From Flectonema sp. DT1601 (Eukaryota): 46,531 nucleotides of DNA. The stretch lies in contig OZ025782.1 in the NCBI GenBank assembly GCA_964019425.1, positions 1,736,001-1,782,531 on the forward strand, in the 5' to 3' direction. The notes under the pieces were generated by a model. It was not told where the DNA came from, did no database searches, and was given only the letters and a program-made list of their open reading frames with translations. How positions within the stretch are numbered: position 1 is the first letter of the stretch; every line of letters starts with the position of its first letter. This document shows positions 37,001 through 46,531 of this stretch, in pieces. Position numbers and translations under genes: made by a program.

Positions 37001-39742
37001 ACAAAGCACTTCCTTCTGAAGCACTGACTGCAGCATTTAATGGTTGGTTAAAGAACTTTGATAGCTTTGATAAAGTATCACCGACAGTTGATAAAATTGA
37101 AGCCCTACTACCAGGTGAGAAAGACACTGACCCACTCATGAACACAATCTACTTAGAATTAGATATGTTCAGACCTCCATCAGTTTGGATTATTGGAGGT
37201 GATGGATGGGCCTACGACATCGGGTACAATGGAGTAGATCACGTCTTATCCAGAGGTGAGAATGTTAATATTATGGTTCTAGACACTGAAATGTACTCCA
37301 ACACTGGTGGACAAGTCTCAAAAGCTACTGCCAAATCAGCCGTTTTAAAATTTGCCCAACAAGGTAAGAAGGAAATGAAGAAAGATCTCGGAAGACTTGC
37401 AATGCAATACGAACAGGTCTACGTTGCAAGTTGTGCGATTGGAGCATCTTACCAACAGACGCTAACAGCAATTAGAGAAGCAGAACAATACAAAGGAACT
37501 TCATTGTTGTTATGTTTCTCTCCTTGTATTGATTGGGGTATCAACATGAAAAATCAAATGGAATGGCAGAAAACAGCCGTAGACTCTGGCTACTGGAAGA
37601 TGTACCGTTACGATCCAAGATTAGCTGAGAAAGGTCAGCCATGTCTTCAGCTCGATACTCAAAAGATCAAAGCTAACAAAATGCAATTGATTCTTGAAGA
37701 TCAAAACAGATTTAGTCAACTCACTCGCAAAGATAAAGAAAAGGCGAAGGTCTACCACAAAGAATTAATCGGTAAACTAGAAGAAGTTCACGATGTCTAC
37801 ACGAGAATGACTATGGATGATAGTGATATGTTGGACTTTTTAAAGGAAAAGGTTGGTGAACAGACATCTGAGAAGATGCTCGTCTTGTACGCATCTGAGA
37901 CCGGAACAGCTCAAAACCTCGCTAAGGAACTTGCTGTGGAATTAAAAAGACGTGATGTCCGTGTGAAGTGCGTCTCATGTGATGATTACGACATCGACAA
38001 CCTTCCAAATGAAAAAGCTGTCTTCTTCGTCGCAGCAACATGTGGTCAAGGTGAATTCCCTGACAACTCAAAAGAATTCTGGAAAAGTCTATCTGAGGAT
38101 GACCATCCTGCAGACTGGCTCTCTGGAGTTAAATTCGCTGTATTTGGTCTGGGTGACACCGGCTACGCATTCTTCAACAAGGTACGTCAGTTTATTTTAT
38201 ATCACTCTCAACAACCTAATTACATTTAATTAATTACATTAATAAACTATAACAGGTTGCTACCGATATCGATGAGCGTATGATTGCTTTAGGTGCTGAA
38301 AGAGTAATTCAGTGTGGTATGGGAGACGACAAGGTATGTTACTATTTCTTATTGAAATGTAATATTTTTTTAAAAACACCCTCGTAACTAAACTTATAAC
38401 ACAGGCTGAAGAAAAATGGGAAACAGCCTACACAGAATGGGAACCAGATCTCTACACGACTATGGAATTACCAACACCACCTGCAGTATTAGCGCCACCG
38501 ACTTATGAAGTTACCACAAGTGATTCTGCTCAGCTTGATGAAGAGAGAATAATGCCTGTTGGTGCCACTGTCTTACCGCTTGCTGTTAATAAGGTTGTTA
38601 ACCCACCTGGTCATGATAGAGACATCAGACATTTTGAGATTAATTTAAAAGACACGGGAGTATCATACAACTGTGGTGACTCTATGGGAATATACCCATG
38701 GAATGCTGAAGAAAGAGTTGATGAATTCTTAGGATGGTACGGTACTAAGGGTGATTCTGGTCTAAACATCGCTGATCCAAATGATGGAGGGAAATTTCCG
38801 ATCGTTGCAACATCACCAAAACAACTGATGACTCAAACACTTGACTTGTATGGAAGACCTTCTAGAAAGTTTTACGAAAAGCTTGGTATGATTGCTAAGG
38901 ATGCTGGTGAAAAATCTCATCTTGAGCATTTACTTACAAAGGAGGGTAGAGATGAGTTGATTTCAATGTCTAAAGAGACTCTTGGATACGCTGATGTCTT
39001 ACAGATGTTTCCGTCAGCAAAACCTCCAATCGAATATTTAATTGAATTCATTCCTGCAATAAAACCAAGACTCTACTCTATCGCATCATCTCCAGATTAC
39101 GATGGTGACATGCTGCATATGTGTATTGTTGCTGATGATTGGAATACCCCGAAGGGTGTTGCCAAGCACGGTTTAACAACTGGGTTCCTTTCTGGAAGAG
39201 GTGGACACTCTGCTGCATCAACTGTTATTAATGGAAGGATCAACCCTGCTGCGTTCGCTTTACCATCGTCACCTGAACAGCCAATTATATTAGTCGGTCT
39301 TGGGACTGGTATCGCACCTTGCAGAGCATTAATTCGTGATAGATTATTTCAAAGAGATCAAGGTGAGAATATTGGACCAATGTCACTGTACTTTGGTGTT
39401 CGTTTCAAGGCTTCTGAGTACACCTACGGAGATGAGTGGGATTCACTTCATGATAATGGCAACGGTCCTCTCACACATCTTCACTGTGCATTCTCAAGAG
39501 ATCAAGACCACAAGGTATACGTCCAGCACAAACTATCAGACAATGAAGATCAAGTATATGAGTATCTCGTAAACCAGAAAGGTTACTACCTACTCTGCGG
39601 ACCAGGAGGTCCTCCAGTGATGGCTGCCAGAGCAGCCCTCGAGAGTGCTATGGTCAACAAGGGTGGCATGACACCTGCTGAAGCAAATGCATACGTGACT
39701 CAAATGCAGATCGAAGGCAGATATAACGAGGAGGTTTGGTAG
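34018..39742 (+). CDS. PNO: Pyruvate:NADP+ oxidoreductase (PFO fused to a cytochrome P450 reductase-like FMN/FAD/NADP module), ~1859 aa; exons 34018-38181, 38256-38333, 38405-39742
   Basis: PFO motifs YPISP, QSEAGAAGAVHG, TASQG; two CxxCxxCxxxCP ferredoxin motifs; SGACPGCGE; TPP motif GGDGWAYDIG...SNTGGQ. Flavodoxin motifs LYASETGTA and FAVFGLGD. FNR motifs PRLYSIASSP, GLGTGIAP, AFSR...KVYVQH, and terminal RYNEEVW. Phase-0 introns 38182-38255 and 38334-38404 join the two ORF-track pieces. Confidence 0.96.
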
Positions 39743-40704
39743 ACTCCCCATTTTTAACTACAAAAAAAAAAAAAAAACATTAAAAAAACAAAAAAAAACA
39801 AAACACACATAATCCCTTTGTTAACGAAATAAAAGGAAAATTCCACTTAAGTTCATTGAAGATAGTTTTAAAAAAAAACGTGTCTTTTTTTTTTATTTTT
39901 TTTATTTTTTATATATCTCGGGTGTTTTTCGGTAAGAATGGCATACGGAAAACGCTGTAGTTCTGCACGCTCTTCCCCCCCTGTCTATTAATTTGTTACT
40001 AACGGTAGTAGTGCCCGTAAAAAAAAATATAATTTCTTTTCTTAAAAAAAAAAAAAAAAAAATGGTATGAGCTGATTTGTAGAGAGCTACAACCATGGAA
40101 AAAAAAAAAAAAAAAAAGCACGATCGGTTTTCCTTTTTTATTTATTTTTGAATACTTTTCCACAAAAGCAAGATGACTTTTATTTATTCACTGTTCTGAT
40201 GATTTCTTTTTTTTTTTTTTTTTTTTTTTCCCCTTGTTCTTTGTTTTCTTTAATGAGTAGTCGCGTTGTACTACACGTAGTAACGCAACAAATTTATTCA
40301 AAATCTTTCTTGTCGTGTCGTGAAGAATGTCTGCGAGTAAAATGAAGTTCAATTCCCCCTACCCGCTGTTTTACAGCCTTAAGTTCTCTGATTTGTGGGT
40401 CAGATGTGGTCAAGTAATCTCCGACCCTTCTGACTATTCTTTACCTTGAACAACCGCGTTAGTCTATTATTTATTTCTCTTGTCCAGCAGTCAGACCTAC
40501 TGGTGCAATATAAATCCAATTTTTACACTCTTTTTTTTTATTTTTTTTTGTTCTCCCGTTTATTTGCCCCTAATCTTTTTTTAATGGTGCAGTTTTTTTT
40601 TTTTTTTTTTTTTTTTTTTCACCCCCATTTCCTCCAAAAACTTTTGAACGTGATTTATGTTATTTTCCCAAGTTCCCTCCATTTCTCTCTCAACATTACA
40701 TTTT

Positions 40705-40735
<31 letters not shown>

Positions 40736-42343
40736 TTACTTTACTGAATAATCGAAACCTACTTTTTTTAGTGTCTTAGCTACTGTGTTCGCATTACTTC
40801 CCTTCGCGAGGGGTGTCACCGACAACCGTATTTTCGCGGGGTTAGAACTGGGGCATTCAAGCTATTGTTGACTTTCAAGTACAATAATAATAGTGTTACC
40901 CTCCCTCTACCCATTTACCGGAAAAAAAAAAAAAAAAAAAAAAAAAAACTAAAAGCATGGTTGTGCCAGCTGTGCTGTCTAAGGGTTGAACGAAAGTACG
41001 TTCCCTGAGAACTTCCCAAGAGAGCAAAGCCACCACCATGCGAATTTCAATGTATTGGGGCCTACGTGATACTACCACTACTCATCCTCCTTAGGACGAC
41101 CGTCGCTATAAAAAAAACTCAACTTTTTATAAATCCCCTCCAAGAGCCTTCTTCACTTAACCTCCGCGACAACATTCTCTTGACTGAGAATAAAAGAAAC
41201 GAAGTGTGCGTTATATGTGTAAGAAGACTTTAGAACACAATATTGACAATGAAAAAAGTAGCAACGGTTATAAAAAAAAAAAAAAAAAAAAAAAAATGCT
41301 TCTAATAACTTATTAGCAAAAAATCGAAAAAAAAAAAAAAAAGAAATATTTCTCCCTTTTTAAAAAAATTGAAGCAAAAATTAAAAATAAAATAAAATAG
41401 TCCTGCCTCCTACACTCCTACACTTGGTGTTAGTCGTGGTTGCTTCAAGCGATGTACGAACCCACTTACTGTTCCATTTTTCTTATAGGCGTGCTATATA
41501 ATTTACTGTATGAAACCATTCACACCTCTCTTCCCCGGATTCTTAGTTTCTGCAATTCGCGTGATGGACTTGCGTTTGTATCCGTCCCTGTTCTTAATAA
41601 TTTTTTTTATATGTTTATTTTTATTAAAAAAAAAAAGCTTCTTAAAAAAAAAAACGATCGCATATTTTCCCCTTTTTTTTGCTTCCTTTTATTTTATTTT
41701 ATTTTATTATTTTTTTTTTTTTTGTCTACACTCACCTCTCTTGTCTCCTCCCTGATTAACGTAAAGATATCGACGTTGAGATATCTGACGTGGTAAACAA
41801 ACTTTAAAAGGCCCCGCATAGCCTCCTTGCTCGCTCGATAATTTATTCTTTGCTCTGAACCTTGCTCCCCTTGGCTGTCTCATTTTATTTTTCTTTGTGT
41901 TTTATTGTTTTCTTTCTCCCTCCCTACTTGCACTTTTCTGGTAGTCCTCTTTTTTGTTAATAGCGGGCTTGGTAGAGTGGTTTTTTCCCCCATCCCTTTT
42001 TATTATTATTTATTACCCGATTTTTTATCCCTTTACAAGAAGAAACAGCCTTAAAGTAATTTTTTGAACCGTTTGATTCTCTCTCGCTTTCACCGTTCCA
42101 TTTATTTTCTTTTTTTTTTTTTTGCCGTCCCTCAGCCTTTCGATCTCAGAAGAAGTACTTACTGAGGAGCAGGTAATATTGTGATTACTTTTATTTATCT
42201 AAACAGGATTATGAGAAAAGAATATGAATTGAGTCTCAACACGGAGAGATACAATATTCGAAGTTAGTATTATAAAGTTTCTTCTTTGTGTTGAACTTCT
42301 ATCTCATTTCTCCAGGTAGGAACAGAACCCACCCTACCAACCT

Positions 42344-45064
42344 ATGAATACTAATCGATTACCTGTCCCTTCAGAAATGAGAAATACAATTCGAATTAGG
42401 AAGAAGTTGAGTTACAAGGTTTCGAGTAGCGTACCAAAACAGGTTCGAATGACTTCTGTTTCAAAGCTTCAATTACCGAAGAGACAATTACCAGCAATAT
42501 GTGGTGTGTCAAAAGGGATAACAGAAAATAATGAGGTCACTTTAACACCATTTGAACAAATATCATTCAGGCTCGAAGAACTAACAGATCGATACTCTCC
42601 TGCAACGGCATGCGATGAACTGAGAGTTCAATATTTGAGAGCTTGCAGAATAGTTTTAAAAGACGGAATGGAACTCGTATGCGACCACCTCAGTAAAGAT
42701 GATCACAATAAGGATTTACATAAACTACTTTCACTGGTTTGGAATTCACACGTTGATTCTTTTAATGATTTTGCTGCTGCGTACGATACCAACGTGTCGG
42801 AAATGAAAGTAAAGGTTGAACAGTTGGAAGATAACCTCCGAGCTGAGAGGTATAATTATTTGTATTCCCTTCGTGTTCTTGAAGACATGATTAGGAAAGA
42901 AGATGACTTAGCTGATCAAATAAAGAAAGAAGTTTCTGAAGCAGAAGGACAACACACAACCCGAGTAAGTAATTTAAGAACTGAAATCGGTCGATTGGAA
43001 TTTGAGAGAAACAACACGACGAGGCAATTACGTAGATTGACAATGGAAGCTATTGATGTACCGAAAACTCAAAAAAGTGAATTGGAAGAGATAACCCGTG
43101 AACTGAGTGATGCTAAAGTAATAATAGCATCATGTAGATCTGTCATAAGAGATGCGAGAAACAGAATTGACGACACCGATGATGTGACTGAAATAACTTG
43201 CGTAGAAGACATCATTTTACCTACTCACACATGTCCAATAGCTGAAATACCTGACAAGGTAGAGACTGGATGTCAAGTAGACCCGAGTAACTTTCTAAAC
43301 GACTCAGTACTATCCCCACCTGGTAGATTCTCAAAAAATGAATCTATTCAAGACCTACACACTGACATTAATGATTCAACAAAGAAACGAGTAACCCGAC
43401 AGTACAGCGCTGGTAGTCGGAGGAAGCTTAAAAACCAACAGTCATCAAGGAAGGTCACAACAATTAAAAAGAGAGGAAGTAATGCAGGTTCTACTAAAGG
43501 ATCTATTCGTTCAAAAGACATTTCTGACAGCAGTGATGAAACTGGTTCACCAACATTAAGAAAAAGGAGTAACGCCAGTGCTGTTGGTTCTAATGGAAGT
43601 TCAGTTAACGTTAGAAGAATGAGTTCTGCAAGGAATCGAACTTTAGTCAAAGAGATGAGTTCGAATCCGCCTTCGCCTTTTCCAAAAGGAAAAAGTTTGA
43701 GAGCGACGAGCCCGACGAGAAAGAAAAGTTGCACACCCACAGCCAGTCAACAACAACAACAACAACAAGAACAACCACAGCAACTGCGAATACAACTGCA
43801 TACAGACGCAGTAGATGCAACTGACGATAAATCATCAGGTGAAAGTGAACCAGCCGATACCTACAAAGATTTATTTGATATCATTGCAAGAGATACTAAC
43901 GAAGATATTATTATAGACGAGAAGGATGATATCCCACTTAGAGGTTGGAGTAATGATATAATCTGGCCTGGAATTCCCCTCCGCACTCACAAAAAAATAC
44001 CCGGAATCTCAACCGCATTTGACAGTATTTTATCACAACGTCGTTCTGTTGTAGAGGAAGAGTCTCAAACAGGTCAACAAGTAGCTGAAAGTATTCCAAA
44101 CTCGTTTTTACCATTTTTTGGTCAGCATGTGAAGTCAACTGCAACATGCAGATCAATGAGATGCTGGTTATTACCAATAATTGAAAAAATAATTCTTGAG
44201 AGGGTGGCAGCAGAGACTGAAGCGGAGCAGCCTACAGTTCATCCCCCTATCGTAGAATTCTTATATAATTCATTCTTAACCACATTCAGAGATAGGCGTG
44301 TTGCAGAAGCTTGGTTATCTGATCTTTTTGCTAGCTGTAAGATTCACATGTCGAATAATCCACGAGTTCGATTGTTCTCAGCATTCACAGAGTTAGATAA
44401 TGTTCTCGGAGGTGACGCCTTCAGTGCGTTCATCGCACTAGTTATAAAACTGTTGCAGCAGTCTCATTCATCTTCTTTGGTCAAGTCATTAGAAAGACGA
44501 AATAGCATTGATCGAAAAAGTAATAAAAAATCTATTCAAAAAAGTATATCAATCCCAACAGCTGAGAGGCTCGTAATGGATTTGTTCGGAGGGATAGTCG
44601 GATTTGAAAAAGCAATGCATTTAAAAAAGGCAGTTTCTTCGATTCCATACGCCGATGGAGATACCGAAAAATGTATCTCCACCGACACATTATTGTTTAC
44701 TGTCATTAATACTTGGGATTTGGTAGTCACGCAACACATTATTGACTACATGAAGAAAGTAATTAGTTGGCTTGAACCAGATCCCAAAGGAGTAACTAGA
44801 CAAGACTACGTAAAGTTATCAGCTGTGTTATTGTCTCCTTCTTATGGAGATCAGAGTGACGTTTATGAAGTCGATAACCCGATAGTGGATCGGATTTTTA
44901 GAAAATCGAAATTTGTATCTGCGCAGGTAGTCACTGATTTTATCTTAGCACATGCCTCAGGCATTCCAAACCTCAGAGGAATTAAAATATTACTCGCGAC
45001 ACTTGACACAGTTACTCCTGAAGAAGTAAAATCTGGTAAAGAAAGTCGTACCATTTTGTTATAG
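42344..45064 (+). CDS. Large coiled-coil protein with Ser/basic low-complexity middle and a TSNAXIP1-like C-terminal region
   Basis: 906-aa ORF with heptad-rich N-terminal third. EFLYNSFLTTFRDRRVAEAWLSDLFASC...RVRLFSAF resembles TSNAXIP1-type domains (recognition only). Pyrimidine-rich AG at 42315. Confidence 0.7.
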   Translation: MNTNRLPVPSEMRNTIRIRKKLSYKVSSSVPKQVRMTSVSKLQLPKRQLPAICGVSKGITENNEVTLTPFEQISFRLEELTDRYSPATACDELRVQYLRACRIVLKDGMELVCDHLSKDDHNKDLHKLLSLVWNSHVDSFNDFAAAYDTNVSEMKVKVEQLEDNLRAERYNYLYSLRVLEDMIRKEDDLADQIKKEVSEAEGQHTTRVSNLRTEIGRLEFERNNTTRQLRRLTMEAIDVPKTQKSELEEITRELSDAKVIIASCRSVIRDARNRIDDTDDVTEITCVEDIILPTHTCPIAEIPDKVETGCQVDPSNFLNDSVLSPPGRFSKNESIQDLHTDINDSTKKRVTRQYSAGSRRKLKNQQSSRKVTTIKKRGSNAGSTKGSIRSKDISDSSDETGSPTLRKRSNASAVGSNGSSVNVRRMSSARNRTLVKEMSSNPPSPFPKGKSLRATSPTRKKSCTPTASQQQQQQQEQPQQLRIQLHTDAVDATDDKSSGESEPADTYKDLFDIIARDTNEDIIIDEKDDIPLRGWSNDIIWPGIPLRTHKKIPGISTAFDSILSQRRSVVEEESQTGQQVAESIPNSFLPFFGQHVKSTATCRSMRCWLLPIIEKIILERVAAETEAEQPTVHPPIVEFLYNSFLTTFRDRRVAEAWLSDLFASCKIHMSNNPRVRLFSAFTELDNVLGGDAFSAFIALVIKLLQQSHSSSLVKSLERRNSIDRKSNKKSIQKSISIPTAERLVMDLFGGIVGFEKAMHLKKAVSSIPYADGDTEKCISTDTLLFTVINTWDLVVTQHIIDYMKKVISWLEPDPKGVTRQDYVKLSAVLLSPSYGDQSDVYEVDNPIVDRIFRKSKFVSAQVVTDFILAHASGIPNLRGIKILLATLDTVTPEEVKSGKESRTILL

Positions 45065-45318
45065 AATCACTTCACCCCCCTTCCCGCTCTCTATTTATAA
45101 GAGACTTGTTCTCTTCAATTACACTCTTGTCTGTCTTACGGCAGCTGCACCGCCAGTTTTGAATTCGTTTTTTGAAGTACTTTTCACACCTCGTGATAAC
45201 ATTTTATTATTTAACACGGAAAAGGACAATGAAATAGAATAGTAGCACTCCTACGAGTGAATGTTGTTGTTATGGTAATTTATATATTTTCAGCAGGTGG
45301 GGGGCTCTGCGGGGTAAA

Positions 45319-46531
45319 ATGTCCCGCGCAGAAGAATGGAATGCACCTGCAAGCACTGCAGAGAGAGGTATGGTTGAAGTAATATTCTCGCACTTTGATA
45401 ATGACAAAGATGGATATTGGAATTATACTGAGGCTAGAGAAGCTTATCAGATGTTAGATGACACCGACATGTCGTTTGCAACATTCAAATTAAAGTGTGA
45501 AGAAGCGAATACTGAACCAGCGAAGGGATGGAATTTAAAACACGTTATTGGATTCTATTCTTCACCAGAAGTATCTGAAGCTCTGGTAGAACATTATCAG
45601 AAAGTATTAGGAGTTAGGAAGGCTACTAAAACACGAAGAGATTCTTCACGTTCTTCGAACTCATCTCGTGCAAGTGTCACAAGACACAACACAAGAATTA
45701 CAAGCCATCCAAGTAACTCTCGTCAAGTGTTAATTGACCTTCAGGCTGATCAGCTGTACTCTGCTATGAATGGTTTCGGAACTGACGAGGACGCTGTTTT
45801 TCAAATCATCGCAGCTCAAACCTCACAATCAGAATGGGACTATTTATGTGACACTTTTTCTAAACGACACCCAAAATTTAATAACGGCAACCTCATAAAG
45901 TCATTGGAGAAAGAATTCTCTTCAAAAGAAATGAAACGTGCGATAGCTATGCTGGAGTCTAATGGCATTCAACTACATAATAAAAAAGTCGGTAGTAGGA
46001 GAAGCAGCATGAGTAGTCAACAGTCTGGAGGATACTCAAAAAGAGCTAGCCCTCATTCACCCGTCCCACCAGATCAAATAGCTGCTGACTTGCATGCTGC
46101 AATGAAAGGTTTTGGAACAAATGAAGAAGGCATTTTTAGATATGTGAACAGAGTTCAGGATCAAGAACATTGGAAAAATGTTCAGCAATCATTCGCAATT
46201 AAGTTTCCGTCTTTTAAAAATGGAGAATTGATTGCAGCTTTACAAGATGAACTTACAACAAGTGAATTCAACACAGTAAAGAAACTCTTAGCATCAAAAG
46301 GCATCAGTATGATCGTTCCTAAGTCTGGAACAGGTAAGAATACTTCAGGTACCAATTATAGTAATAACCTAGCTGATGATTTATTCAAAGCAATGAAAGG
46401 ATTTGGTACTGACGAAGCGCTCGTGATGGAGGTTTTAAAAAATATTAAAAATACGGAGCAGTGGGGAAATATTTGTCAAGCATTCGCTACTAGACATTCA
46501 GACTTTCACGGAGGCGATCTCACGGCAGCAC
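45319..46531 (+). CDS. EF-hand + multiple annexin-repeat protein, 3'-truncated by the window end
   Basis: Frame is open from ATG 45319 to the end of the window. EF-hand loop DNDKDGYWNYTE. Annexin signatures LYSAMNGFGTDE, LHAAMKGFGTNE and LFKAMKGFGTDE. Confidence 0.88.
   Translation, partial: MSRAEEWNAPASTAERGMVEVIFSHFDNDKDGYWNYTEAREAYQMLDDTDMSFATFKLKCEEANTEPAKGWNLKHVIGFYSSPEVSEALVEHYQKVLGVRKATKTRRDSSRSSNSSRASVTRHNTRITSHPSNSRQVLIDLQADQLYSAMNGFGTDEDAVFQIIAAQTSQSEWDYLCDTFSKRHPKFNNGNLIKSLEKEFSSKEMKRAIAMLESNGIQLHNKKVGSRRSSMSSQQSGGYSKRASPHSPVPPDQIAADLHAAMKGFGTNEEGIFRYVNRVQDQEHWKNVQQSFAIKFPSFKNGELIAALQDELTTSEFNTVKKLLASKGISMIVPKSGTGKNTSGTNYSNNLADDLFKAMKGFGTDEALVMEVLKNIKNTEQWGNICQAFATRHSDFHGGDLTAA

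Noticed and set aside
34018..38181. Bacterial contamination or recent horizontal insertion of PFO
   Set aside because: It is fused to an intron-containing reductase module, has a presequence, and its composition and flanks look like those of neighbouring genes.
42173..42315. Extra upstream coding exons for the 906-aa gene
   Set aside because: Splicing from ATG 42211 via the candidate intron 42263-42315 hits a stop, and a TAG lies in frame just after the 42315 AG. At most these are UTR introns.

Overview
This is AT-rich eukaryotic nuclear DNA. It is most likely from a euglenozoan protist, probably a diplonemid (inference). Support: 15 protein-coding genes all lie on the + strand, there is a PFO-CPR fusion (PNO) and a kinetoplastid-type receptor adenylate cyclase, pyrimidine-rich AG sites sit just before many start codons, and there is a euglenozoan-like 18S fragment. 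Gene order: kintoun/DNAAF2-like (5'-truncated), glycine-zipper membrane protein, ankyrin protein, two-domain receptor adenylate cyclase, AlkB-family dioxygenase, SWEET transporter, adenylate kinase, NTF2/SnoaL-like + Cys/His finger protein, myristoylated ankyrin protein, non-canonical poly(A)/(U) polymerase, polyQ + DUF2431/Bmt5-like protein, alpha/beta hydrolase, pyruvate:NADP+ oxidoreductase, TSNAXIP1-like coiled-coil protein, and an EF-hand + spaced-annexin-repeat protein (3'-truncated, absent from the ORF track). Nine short GT-AG introns were reconstructed by hand. Intergenic DNA is dominated by poly(A)/poly(T) runs. It also holds a perfect 1.18-kb (AAC)n array, an isolated SSU rRNA fragment and three small two-copy repeat families, one MITE-like. 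I found no single clear-cut novel multi-gene system. The best leads are the annexin architecture, the two types of splice acceptor, the AAC array, the divergent RNA-modifying enzymes and the small repeats. All family assignments come from motif recognition, not database searches.
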